Origin: Eledone cirrhosa
Taxonomy: Eukaryota
Reading direction: 5' to 3'
NCBI GenBank assembly: GCA_964016885.1
Contig: OZ024742.1
Span: 93,248,001-93,312,000, forward strand
DNA: 64,000 nt
Made by a program: the position numbers and the translations under genes
The notes under the pieces: generated by a model
Told to the model about the DNA's origin: nothing
Databases searched by the model: none
The model's input: the letters and a program-made list of their open reading frames with translations, nothing else
Shown: positions 27,685 to 39,966 of the stretch, piece after piece
How the letters are laid out: each line of letters starts with the position of its first letter
Numbering within the stretch: the first letter of the stretch is position 1

Positions 27685-28278
27685 AGAAAACCAAAGTGAA
27701 ATTGTAATATACAACATTCTCAGAGATGAATATGTTAAGTTGTGTGTGATGTGTTCTGTTACATTCCAACTTTATTAAGGAAACACTATCACACAACTTT
27801 TTACCTTTATCTATCTTTCTTTATATATATATGAGGTTGTATTGTGGATGCATATATAAAAATGAGTGTGTATGTGTGTGCATATATATATATGAGTGTG
27901 TGTGTAAACATATATGTATATGAGTGTATTCCTTCTTTTGTTAATCAAAATCTCAATCTTGCCATAATCATTTAATCTACCTTGATTCACATCAGTTAGC
28001 CTTACCTCTTGATATATACTACAGTAAATATCCAGAGATGATTTCATTGGATAAAATGATTAAAAAGATTTTTGGAAAAAAAGGTTTTGAAAAATTGTAA
28101 CCCAAGTGCATTATGGCTATTAATATATATATATCATATTCTTATCAAATATATATATATATATATATATATATTTGGCAGGAGGGAGGTATGAATAAAC
28201 ATAAACAAATAACAAAATAAATATGGGCAAAAATGTTACAGATGAAATATGTATACACACACATACACACAGAAGCCC

Positions 28279-28346
<68 letters not shown>

Positions 28347-28350
<4 letters not shown>

Positions 28351-28691
28351 TCATCATCATCATTTCATTTACGTCCGCTTTTCCCTGCTTGCAAGGGTGG
28401 GACGGGAACTGATTCTGGCTTGATTTCTACAGCTGGATGCCCTTCCTAACACCAACCTCAATTACAGTGAGTGCTGGGTGCTTTTTTTGCCGTGGCACCT
28501 CCACGACCACTTTGCAGTGGAAAGATAGGGACCCCAGTCCCTGTCATCTCATTTCTACAGCTGAGTAAACTGGAGCAATGTGAAATAAAGTGTCTTGCTC
28601 AAGGAAACAACACATCACCCGGTCCAAGAATTGAACTCACAACCTTTCGGTTGCAAGGCCAATGCTCTAACCACTAATCCATGTACCTCCA
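28347..28691 (-). mobile_element. CORE-type SINE with RTE tail
   Basis: Reverse-complement match to 20085-20484, with one tandem unit. Confidence 0.85.
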
Positions 28692-28711
28692 CTGGATTAG
28701 TATATATATAT

Positions 28712-28799
<88 letters not shown>

Positions 28800-28800
<1 letters not shown>

Positions 28801-29256
28801 AAAGTTATATTTAAATTGTTGGGTTACAACTAGTAAATATTTATAACTGATATAAAAGCACTCAACAAGTATTTGGAGTATATTTACGATATTAAATAAA
28901 TGGAAACTATATTTATAAAACCATATTTATTTCACTATATATATTTCAGGGATATCATATTAACAATATGTTATGCCTTCTTCAGACAAAATACAATATA
29001 GACAGTTTTATAGATAAATAGATTTGACATACCGTTCAACATTGACTTGTATTTGAAAAAGTTGATTTGGCAGTCAAATCAACTTTTTCAAATACAAGTC
29101 GATGTTGAACGGTATGTCAAATCTATTTATCTATAAAACTGTCTATATTGTATTTTGTCTGAAGAAGGCATAACATATTGTTAATATGATATCCCTGAAA
29201 TATATATAGTGAAATAAATATAGTTTTATAAATATAGTTTCCATTTATTTAATATC

Positions 29257-29259
<3 letters not shown>
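28800..29259. mobile_element. Fold-back pair of family C pLTRs with two HHRs
   Basis: Near-perfect palindrome 28885-29259 centred at ~29072, homologous to 14925-15199. HHR at 29152-29215 on plus (CTGAAGA 29159, GAAA 29197) and its mirror at ~28929-28992 on minus. Confidence 0.85.
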
Positions 29260-29302
<43 letters not shown>

Positions 29303-29519
29303 TATATATATATATATATACCTCGCAGAGGTACCCGGCATGCCCAGATATTTAATGAAAGTAACAATTTATTTTGGCACATACTATAAAAAAGTTCTTT
29401 ACCAATAAAGTTGGGTGACTGCATTTTCACAGAAATTATTACAAACTTTTCTTTGTCATCTATTTAATGTAAAGCATATAGACAAAAATATTATTGGTTT
29501 TGTCCACTGTCCCACCCCT

Positions 29520-30060
29520 GAGCCATATGGACATTATAACAATGGCTGTATTGGTGTCACCTCTCTCTCCCCTTAATAACCTGACTCCTCTCTCTTCTTC
29601 GCATTGTCTTCTGATTCTGACATCCAAATTCTCTACCTCTCTCTCTACCTCCATCTTCTACAAACCAGCTGACACACCCTCCTATTCTGACTTCCCTCCT
29701 CCCACCACACCCGCACCACACTCTCCATACCCTACTCCCACTGTGGCCAGGATCATGGCCCAGTCCCAACATATGGCTTCTCACTTCAAGTGTGGATATC
29801 CCTCACATTGATCCAAGCTGGCCTTACATGTGCCCAAGAAACTGAATGCACCACAGTCCTTTTAGCCTGCAATATCTGCCTTCCTTTCCTCCTGACCTAC
29901 CAGCTGTGTACCCTACTCCAGCAACACCAGATTCTTCTCTGCTTCAAAACCCTCATTTCTCACCCATCACTTCTTGTTTCTTGCCTAACCCACCCATCAT
30001 TGTCATTAAGTGTGTCCGTAATCTCCATGACCTGCTTGTACACAGTTCTTTCTCTTCCTC
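29520..30060 (+). pseudogene. Highly decayed PLE RT C-terminal region
   Basis: TSIFYKPAD, F..GYP..LI, PFLLTY and PPIIVIKCVRNLHDLLVHSSF motifs are spread across frames. Confidence 0.5.
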
Positions 30061-30902
30061 CTCTAGGACACCCTCTGGTATATATTTATCCTTATCGAGC
30101 CCTCTTTGGATTTTAGTCTTCAAATTTATTATTATTACTATATATATATCTGTTAGACACGCAGTGACTAACAACAGAATGTTTTAAGTCTGCATGTCTG
30201 ACATGACATATATGCGTAGCTTGTGAATAAAAAATTCAAGGAGTTTCGCTGGCCATGGTGATTCCTGCCAAACATCTTTTGTAATGTATCGTCTCATTGG
30301 ATAATTTCATCGTCTTATTGGTTAATCAACCAATGAGAGTAATTGTTGCTCAAAAGCATCCGCCACTTTGTTTGCACGTTTATTTATCGTTTCGCTTTCG
30401 AATCCTCCTCCTGTATTTCGTCGTTTATGATCAACATATTTTTCTCGTTTTGGTAAGTTATATTGTTAATTTATATATTTTTAAAATTTATATTAACTAT
30501 TTTTTTTCCAGTTCGTTATAACATGCTTATAACATTGGTTGTAACATACTTACTTGTATATTTGTCCATATTATTGTTCGTTTTATGTTAGATTATTTTA
30601 TTATTATTATGTTAGATTTTTTTTTTTATTATTATGTTAGACTATGTGTATGTAATATTTAATTTTTATTAATTCAACTATAACAATTATTATGTAAAAT
30701 ATATTTATTTAATATTGATTGTTTTTTGTAGTTGTTTATATTAAAAGTCTGAAAATATTTTTATACATCTTACAATAATATTTATAAGGTCATTTATAAA
30801 ATAACAATTATATAATCTAATTACATTACAACGATAATTTATTATTAGTATATACCATGTTTAACTAGAGTTATTACAAGCGTTGCCTTAAAAAAATATT
30901 AA

Positions 30903-31349
30903 ACTAGACCGGAAAAATGCGCAATCTCAAAAGAGCCACAGAATGGTATAATAAACCTTCAAAAGTGTGGGACTAGAGTTGTTGTTAAAAAATATTGCAA
31001 TCATTATCTATCGTACACTCTGTGGTATCCTTTAAGAAAAAAGAGACTGATAACGAACTAAAGACGACACAATAATTATTTAAGTGAATTTATAATATTG
31101 AATTCGGTTTAAGTGCATTTCGTATTAATCATTACTAAACATCTAATATGAGATATTGAACATTAGCTTAAATAATTATCGTGTCGTCTTGAGTTCGTTA
31201 TGAGTCTCTTTTTTTATGAAAGGATGCCACAGACTGTGCGATAGATAATGATTACAATATTTTTGAGCAACAACTCTAGTCCCACACTTTTGAAGGTTTG
31301 TTATAACATTCTGAGGCTCTTTTGAGCTTGCGTATTTTTCGGTTCTAGT
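30903..31349. repeat. Long imperfect inverted repeat
   Basis: 30903-31084 pairs with 31167-31349. Part of the spacer recurs inverted at 31777-31828. Confidence 0.85.
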
Positions 31350-31362
31350 ATATATATATATA

Positions 31363-31638
31363 TGGCGTAGACATACAACACAACAGGAGGAAAATATAAC
31401 ACCACTGACGATGTTGCAGATGTGCAACGAAAGATTTATGATAAACTATATATATGTGTTTGTGTCTATATTGTATCTGTATTATTTTTGACCGTCGGTC
31501 AGTCAATGGCAACATTGAGGACCGAGTAAGTTAGATTACCGATATAAAAGACAGCGAGAAGCGAAAACCAACCAAACAGTGAGTGTGTTCTGTTATTAAT
31601 TCTGGCAATATTACACAAATATGACCCTCCCAAAGTAT

Positions 31639-31645
<7 letters not shown>
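31363..31645 (+). mobile_element. Solo family A pLTR with HHR core
   Basis: Copy of ~1008-1280. CTGACGA at 31405-31411 and GAAA at 31429-31432. Embedded in (TA)n. Confidence 0.8.
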
Positions 31646-31697
<52 letters not shown>

Positions 31698-31826
31698 ATA
31701 CTCCTGCGCTAAGAACATGAAAGCCCACATCACCAGCAGCCCTATGAGCAACCCCCCCCCCCTACACACATATATATAATGATTAATACGAAATGCACTT
31801 AAACCGAATTCTATATTATAAATTCA

Positions 31827-31864
<38 letters not shown>

Positions 31865-31897
31865 TAATAGAATTAGGATTTAGCTTCGGGCATAGCT

Positions 31898-32100
31898 GTA
31901 TACAGATATGTATTAGAATTTCGTATTTCCAAAGGAATGCGGTTTGTTTACAGATAAACATTTAGAAAGCCATAGCTATGCAAAAACACTAGGAGGCTAT
32001 AACCTCCAGTGTTTTTGCATAGCTACAGCTTTCTAAATGTTTATCTGTAAACATATCATATTCCTTTGGAAATACGAAATTCCAATACATATCTACATAC
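31898..32100. repeat. Fold-back palindrome with ~100-bp arms
   Basis: Arms pair around ggagg-ctataa-cctcc (31992-32007). Confidence 0.85.
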
Positions 32101-32822
32101 ATATATATACTGTATATACTCAAATATAAGCCAAGGAATATGTAACCCCCCAAAATTGTAAAATGGATTTTGGCTTACATTCGGGGTCAATATTGTAAAG
32201 TTGTTGGTGATAGGACAGGTGTCTAGCAATAGAAACTTGTCAAACAAAGGGTACAAAGGTAACTAAAGGTACAAAGGTTATGATGACCTCTCAAGAGCTA
32301 GTACCATGATAAATGAATGGCCTACTCTGTTGAAAGTGGCAATGTATATGATATAAGTCCTGGTCTATCTGAGAGATCAGTACCATTGATTAACTACTGA
32401 CTTGGTGTGTGATAAACCACCCAACACTTGCTAACAGGGAAAAATAAATGTTAAGTGATGATGATGATACATGTGTGCAGATGTGTGTGTATGAAATGTT
32501 CATAGTATACATACATATACACATGCACAGGCACGCACTCTCTCACACACTCACATATATCTGTAAGCAGGATCAAAATGTAGAAGAACAGTAGTGATTT
32601 TTTTAAATATTTCAATTGTGAAATATATTTATATTCAGTATCTTTCATTGTGATATGTTTAACAGCATTATATTATTATTTGTGTTTTTATTATTATTAT
32701 TTTTTAAATGTTTCTCGTTTCATTTATGGTTTATTGTTTCATAGTGCTTGCATGGATATATTTTGTTGGTTGGATATATATTAATATGTGTATCTAGGAG
32801 TGTATATAGAAATGCTGATGGG

Positions 32823-32893
<71 letters not shown>

Positions 32894-32895
32894 AT

Positions 32896-32965
<70 letters not shown>

Positions 32966-33325
32966 ATATATATATATATTTATCTAAGGCTCACATAAAA
33001 CATCAATGAAATGAAGGGCTAAAGTGGCTGATGACAAAAGATATTAATTCCTTGTAGAAACAAGATGTGTGTGCCTATGTATAATTCAATATTATATAGA
33101 TATGTATTATATATATATATATATATAGCGTGGAAGATAGACTTTAAAGAATGTTGATGATGATGACGATGATATATATTTCTCCCATCTCTAAGAATTT
33201 GTCTGAGATATGATATATATGCATGCTTATATACATAATATGTGTACATATTTTATATGCCTGTTGAGGTATTTTATATTTATATATACATACATACATC
33301 CATCATCATCATCATCACCACCACA

Positions 33326-33365
<40 letters not shown>

Positions 33366-33368
<3 letters not shown>

Positions 33369-33746
33369 TCATCTTCTTCTTACGTACGCTTTTCCGTGCT
33401 TGTAAGGGTGGGACGGGAACTGATTCTGGCTTGATTTCTACAGCTGGATGCCCTTCCTAACACCAACCTCATTTATAGTGAGTGCTGGCTGCTTTTTTGC
33501 CGTGGTGCTTACACGTCCACTTTACAGTGTGGGCTGGGTGCTTTTTTGCCGTGACACCTCCACGACCACTTTGCAGTGGAATGATAAGGACCCCAGTCCT
33601 ATCATCTCATTTCTACAGCTGAGTAAACTGGAGCAATGCAAAATAAAGTGCCTTGTTCAAGGAAACCACACATCACCTGGTCTGAGAATTGAACTCACAA
33701 TCTTTCAATTGCAAGGCCAATGCTAACCACTAAGCCATGTGCCTCC

Positions 33747-33747
<1 letters not shown>
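33366..33747 (-). mobile_element. CORE-type SINE with RTE tail
   Basis: Reverse-complement match to 20085-20484, with two tandem units. Confidence 0.85.
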
Positions 33748-33778
<31 letters not shown>

Positions 33779-33870
33779 TATTATGATGATGATGATGATG
33801 ATATATATATATAACGAAGGAAATGTGGTAAGGAACCAGATGGACCATAACACACCAAAGTATTCAATAC

Positions 33871-33907
<37 letters not shown>

Positions 33908-33940
33908 GTATATATATATGTATATATATATATATGTATA

Positions 33941-34144
33941 TAACGGAGGAAATGTGGTAAGGAACCAGGTGGACCATAACGCACCAAAGTACTCAATACT
34001 TGAGGTAGTAGAGTGGGTAATAGGAACGAGTAAGACCCCGACAGCTGAGCTCAAGCCGTTTCGACGGCTAATTCTGGACTTCTGAGTTCAGAATTAGCCG
34101 TCGAAACGGCTTGAGCTCAGCTGTCGGGGTCTTGCTGGTTCCTA

Positions 34145-34145
<1 letters not shown>
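33941..34145. repeat. Family K repeat ending in a ~60-bp-arm hairpin
   Basis: 34020-34080 pairs with 34085-34145, loop tctg. Confidence 0.85.
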
Positions 34146-34193
<48 letters not shown>

Positions 34194-34216
34194 GTATATA
34201 TATATATATGTATATA

Positions 34217-34261
<45 letters not shown>

Positions 34262-34355
34262 GTATATATATATGTATATATATATCAGTTCCTGTACACA
34301 GCTAAGTATTCTATAAGTCTCTAGCTGTGTCATTCTCGATAAAAGCACTGGATAT

Positions 34356-34398
34356 GTAGTCCTGAAGATTTCTAATAAGAATGAAACGCGTAGATTAC
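34356..34398 (+). ncRNA. Type I hammerhead ribozyme, family E copy 1
   Basis: GTAGTC-CTGAAGA-t-TTCT-aata-AGAA-t-GAAA-CGCG-TA-GATTAC: 6-bp stem I, intact core, palindromic ACGCGT stem III. Confidence 0.88.
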
Positions 34399-34665
34399 TT
34401 CCCTTGCTTTTATCGAGAATCTAATTGTAATACGTGACGTATTCTATTCTATAGCGATTAGGTCTTCAAAATGTTTATTATAAACATACAGAATATTTTC
34501 GAATATTCTATGTCTATATTCACATATATATCGCTATTTCAGAGCATTTATTCCAATTTCTAATTTCTGCCGGACCGGCAACCGCTCTTTCAAACCAGTT
34601 CCTGTACACAGCTAAGTATTCTATAAGTCTCTAGCTGTGTCATTCTCGATAAAAGCACTGGATAT

Positions 34666-34708
34666 GTAGTCCTGAAGATTTCTAATAAGAATGAAACGCG
34701 TAGATTAC
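34666..34708 (+). ncRNA. Type I hammerhead ribozyme, family E copy 2
   Basis: Identical to 34356-34398, exactly 310 nt downstream. Confidence 0.88.
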
Positions 34709-34830
34709 TTCCCTTGCTTTTATCGAGAATCTAATTGTAATACGTGACGTATTCTATTCTATAGCGATTAGGTCTTCAAAATGTTTATTATAAACATACA
34801 GAATATTTTCGAATATTCTATGTCTATATT

Positions 34831-34861
<31 letters not shown>

Positions 34862-34865
<4 letters not shown>

Positions 34866-35105
34866 AAATAGAGAAATTAATGTGAGCAAGATGCCAACAG
34901 TAATTCATACATATAAGTGACTATTACGTCAAGATGGAAAATATTTTACGTAAGATATGGGAAAATAATTCAATCCCAATTCAAAAAAAAAAGTCAAGAC
35001 AGAAATTTTATCCACAGATTTTGTGTAATCCAAGGAAAAAACCAATAGAATCTTAACTCAGAATAAAATTAAGAGTAAATACTTATCCTTCAATTTGGAA
35101 AAATC
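34862..35105. repeat. Unclassified dispersed repeat (second copy ~39563-39776)
   Basis: Shared tataagtgactat..gtcaa.atggaaaat...atccacagattttgtg.aatcca...tccttcaatttggaaaaa. Confidence 0.7.
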
Positions 35106-35212
35106 AACAAATGCTCTATACAGTCTTAAAAAGACTATTTCATGAAACTTTTCAGTGGGGTAGTCATGGTTGTAATCGTTTATCAGTAGAGCTCAACACA
35201 ATAACTCGGATT

Positions 35213-35252
35213 CCGAGCTGAGGATCCGCTAAGGTGAAACAATTGTTCTCGG
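35213..35252 (+). ncRNA. Type I hammerhead ribozyme, family F
   Basis: CCGAG-CTGAGGA-t-CC-gctaa-GG-t-GAAA-CAATTG-TT-CTCGG: perfect 5-bp stem I and palindromic stem III. Confidence 0.8.
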
Positions 35253-35346
35253 TATGGTGAACTAACTGTTGTGTAACATCTTCTATCTAACTCGTCCCTT
35301 GGACTGAGTGCTCTACCACTACGGATATTACCTTCCAGTGTTCCAC

Positions 35347-35385
<39 letters not shown>

Positions 35386-35939
35386 CACCACCATCATCAT
35401 CATCATCACCATCATCATCATCACCATCACCACCACCATCATATATATATATAGTTATATATATACATATAAATATCCACTCACTCATGGTGTGAGAGAT
35501 GAGCAAGGAACAGATAGACGAGAAGAATGTGGGGAGGAAAAATTTAAAATGGAGAGTAAAGAAAATATTAAGAATTAATGAAAAAAAAAAGGAAGCAGAA
35601 ACAGAAAAAAAACTTTGTATTGGAAATAAATCAACATAAATATGAAGTCAAATTATTTAAAATTCTGTTTTTTATTAAATGGAGTTTATTTGAACATGTC
35701 GGTGATTGATCCCTGGTTCCTATATATATCATGGCTGGTATCATAATCACTCTTGTCATATTGGGTTCTACATATGTTATTGACAGAATATTAAATTTCT
35801 TCACTAAATCTTATCAGTTATTTCGTATAACATATATAAATAAAAAAGAAGAGAAATCAGAATAAAATAAATTAAGAAAATTTAAAAGTATAAAATATAT
35901 GTAAAAGATGTGTAATGACTTAAGCACTTGGTTATGATT

Positions 35940-36268
35940 GAATCATCATCATCGTCATTGTCATCACGATCATCATCATCATCACCATCATCACCACCGC
36001 CATTATCACCACCACCATCATCATCATCATCACCATCATCATCATGATTACCTTCATCATCATCACCATCATCACCATCATCATCATCACCATCACCACC
36101 ACCCTCATCATCATCACCCACCACCACCACCACCACCGCCATCATCATCATAATCATCATCATCATCACCATCACCATCATCATCATCATCATCATCATC
36201 ACCATCATCAGCACCACCATCATCGTGATCATCATCATCATCACCACCACCACAATCACCACCATCAC

Positions 36269-36300
<32 letters not shown>

Positions 36301-36350
36301 CCATCATCATCATCATCTTCATCACCACCATCACCATCACCATCATCACT
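35940..36350. repeat. Compound (CAT/CAC)n trinucleotide microsatellite
   Basis: Seen directly. It explains the poly-His, poly-Met and poly-Ile ORFs. Confidence 0.95.
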
Positions 36351-36937
36351 GTGTTATGCCCACTGTCCTATGCTTCCATGGGTCAGCTGTGGCTTCTACA
36401 GCACAGCTTCTCTCCTCCTGTGTTCACTTGTCATGTTTTCTGTGATGTTCAGCTATTTGCGATCAGCTTTATCACCTCAGCCAAGCTTTTCCTTGCTTTT
36501 TCCTTTTTAACAACTTCTGCCCATTGGGATCACTTGTCACTTCTTCACCCAACAATCATTATCTGTATATCATGCAATGAAGCTCACACTTCGTTTGGTT
36601 GTTTGTTTTTATCTGTCTCTTTATTTCTCTTCTATACTGTATTTCATATATCATTTCTTTTTAATGATATTATTCTTTTAGTGAAAGATATGCACAGCCT
36701 GATTTATTTCTGACCTACACCACTATGGAATATCATTCTCACTCTTACCCCCCTCTCTCTCTCTCTCTTTCCGGCATTTGTAATTGACATACGTAACTGT
36801 TATTTTAAAACATCCTTGATATGGTTATAATAAGCTAACATGCCAAATCTATTTTTGCCAGGTTAAAGGTCCAAGCTGCTATCACAATTTAAACACTACC
36901 CATCATACACATCTTGTCACAGCTGACTGTTTTCACA

Positions 36938-37910
36938 ATGCCTTCGAGACATGAGAATAACATGGAGACTTGATATGCAATAAAGTTTTGTGTCAAGCTT
37001 GGCAAAAACACTGCAGAAACCTATGAAAGGATCAAAACTGCTTATGCACTAACTTTCATGAGCAGGGTGGCTGTTTTCCACTGGCTCAAGAGGATCCAAG
37101 GAGCAAGTGAAGGACGACGAGAAGTGTGGCATAGAAAAGGACATCAGGATGCAGGATGCCAAAGTTGGTTGACAAAATTTGCAAATTTCTGGATGAGGAC
37201 TGTTGGGCATCACTTCTGATGTTTGCTAAATAATTTGAAGTGGCTGAGGGCACTGTGCACAGTTTGTTCCAAGGCAGAGGTGTGTTGATGACAGCAGGGA
37301 GATGGTTGCGTAGATTGCTTCAAATCCAAGTGTCCTTGAGTCTCTGGTAACCTGTGACAAAAGCTGTGTCTACTGTTATGATCCAGAGACCAAGAGACAG
37401 AATACCCAGTGGAAACAGTCTGACTCCCCAAAATCCAAGAAAGCCAGACAAAGCAGGTTCACTGGGAAGCTTATGATGATCCCATTCTCTGACAGAAAAG
37501 GCATCATCTACATCCACTGGGTTTCCCCTGCCCAGACAGTTAACAACGAGTACTATGTAGACGTTTTGAAGCATTTCAGAAAGAGATTTTGTCACAAGAG
37601 ACTAGAACTCTTCAAATCTGGTCATTGGCACCTGCACCAGGATAATGACCCTGCCACAAATCCATCCTGGTGTCTAACTACTTGGCCGATGTGAGACTCA
37701 AGACTGTCCCACATCCTCTCTACAGTCCAGACTTAGCTCCATGTGATGTCTTGATGTTCCAAAAGCAGAAGGAGAATCAGTGGTATCCACTTTGAGGATG
37801 TGGAGGAGATGAAGTAGGCTGTGACAAGTACCCTGGACACCTTCACTTTGGAGACTAGAAGGGGGACTTCCAGAAGCGACTGGAGTGTTTTTGTGTATAA
37901 AACAAGATGG
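36938..37910 (+). mobile_element. Decayed mariner (Tc1/mariner) transposase
   Basis: YAIKFCVKLGKNTAETYE (N-terminal HTH), VTCDK..YCYDPETK, GIIYIHWV...TVNNEYY, WHLHQDN, YSPDLAPCD (37721-37747). Many frameshifts; TIRs not identified. Confidence 0.88.
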
Positions 37911-37950
37911 TGTAGGACAGAAAACAGGAGAGACACAAAATAAAAACCTA

Positions 37951-37993
37951 GTCACTGAGGAGGTCACAGAATGCGTGACGAAAGAGCTTTGAC
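37951..37993 (+). ncRNA. Type I hammerhead ribozyme, family G
   Basis: GTCA-CTGAGGA-g-GTCAC-agaatgc-GTGAC-GAAA-GAGC-TT-TGAC. It sits in a pLTR-like segment (~37910-38120) ending gacactcccaaagtata, similar to the family A end. Confidence 0.8.
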
Positions 37994-39809
37994 AATATAT
38001 AAACAACCATCCAGTTATCAAATCAGCCAACCAACCAACTAACTGGAAACTTATAATAATTTGAAATGAAAACCAACAGGTGCATGTGTTTTTATTGGCA
38101 ACATGACACTCCCAAAGTATATATATATATATATAGGAAAATGTTAAACATTTTCCTATTACCCACTCTACTACCCTAAGTATTGAGTAGTCTGATGCGT
38201 TATGGTCCATCTGGTTCCTTACCACACTTCCTTCGTTTTATATATATATATATATACACTAACTGACGCACGCAGCTTTGCTCAGGCAAACAGATGATAA
38301 CAGAAGACAGGTAGAAAAGAAAACTACTGTATTGGATGTGTTGTCTGGTTTACAGTATGAGGTGAGGTCATGGTGTGTGTGTGACAAAAAAAACGAAAAC
38401 CAAAAAGCAGTAAAAATCTTCCGGATACACCAGTTTCTTTGTTTTACCGTTCATGCACAGTATATGAAGATTTCTAGGTGAACCCACTTGTGAACAACCT
38501 ACATATAACTGTTCATATTTCTGAATGTTCCCACTCATGAACAACCTACACAAAACTGTCCATGGGTAAAAATGATTCTCTTGAATTCAATTCTACAACT
38601 TTGAAACTCTGGCCCAAGCTTTATTTATGATCATAGCAAAACTGACTCTAACAAGGAACTGAAATCTTGAGAATTTGAATGGCAGCTTGGTAGAGGAAGG
38701 GATAAGAGGAAACCTGGGAATAAATGCAATTTCTCCTTAATGAGCACCTCCAAGAATAGTGACCTCTAGAAGATGGTTCATTTTCTGCCTGACTATAAAT
38801 TGTGTGTCATTACATAGATGTGGTTGGTCCCCGTTCTCAAAAGGATGATGGAAGTTCCAATCTTTTATATTATATATAGATTTAGATAATTATATATATA
38901 TATATAGAGAGAGAGAACTAGATAATTATATTATATATATATATATAACAAAGTGGGTGTGGTAAAATACCAGGCAGACCATAACGCACCAGAGTACTCA
39001 ATACTTAGGGTAGTAGAGTGGGTAATAGGAAAAGAGTCAGGACCCCAACAGCTGAGCTCCGGCCGTTTTGACAGCTAGATCTGAATTGAGTTCGGATTTA
39101 GTTGTCGAAACGACCGATATACACACACATATACAGATATATAAATAAACCTACATACATTCACTTTCACCTCCTCATCACACACACATACAATTTCTCA
39201 ACAATATTGAAGACCATTTTTCAATTCTACCATTAGGCAGATCTTTATGCAAATTCAAACATGAATTATTTAAATACAAGTAATTTTATTGGTGATCATT
39301 TCTGCCGACATCATCTATTGAACCATATAAAATATGAATGAAAACAGGACTGAGATAGACATTGGTGAAGAGAACTAAACTATCATTGTATTGAGCTAAG
39401 AGACATAGTTTGATGTCTCCCATTACATTATCGTCATATAATTGGATATGCATGAATGTGACCATATATCTATATATCTATATCTATATATCTATATCAT
39501 CTATCTATCTATCTATCTATTCATCTATCTATCTATTTGTATCTATCTATTATATATATATAAATGAAAGTATAGAAATTATTGTGAGCATGAAGCCAAC
39601 AGTATTTAATAATATATAAGTGACTATAATGTCAAAATGGAAAATTAATTCAAATTCAATTTAAAAAAAATCAAGACAGATTTATCCACAGATTTTGTGA
39701 AATCCAGGGAGAAACCAATAGAGTCTTAACTCTGAATAAAATAAAGTTTAAATACTCATCCTTCAATTTGGAAAAACTACAAATAATATATATTATATAT
39801 TATATATAT

Positions 39810-39840
<31 letters not shown>

Positions 39841-39907
39841 GTGTGTATATACATATATATATACATATATATATATGTATATATATATATGTGTATATAT
39901 ATATATA

Positions 39908-39966
<59 letters not shown>

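Larger units (their letters stand above)
34286..34840 (+). mobile_element. Tandem 310-bp HHR-bearing repeat (retrozyme-like or tandem pLTR)
   Basis: 34286-34530 is identical by eye to 34596-34840, with a 65-nt unique spacer. Non-coding, with (TA)n on both sides. Confidence 0.85.

Noticed and set aside
35882-36713. Poly-His, poly-Met and poly-Ile ORFs
   Set aside because: They come from the (CAT/CAC)n microsatellite, with no splice or domain evidence.
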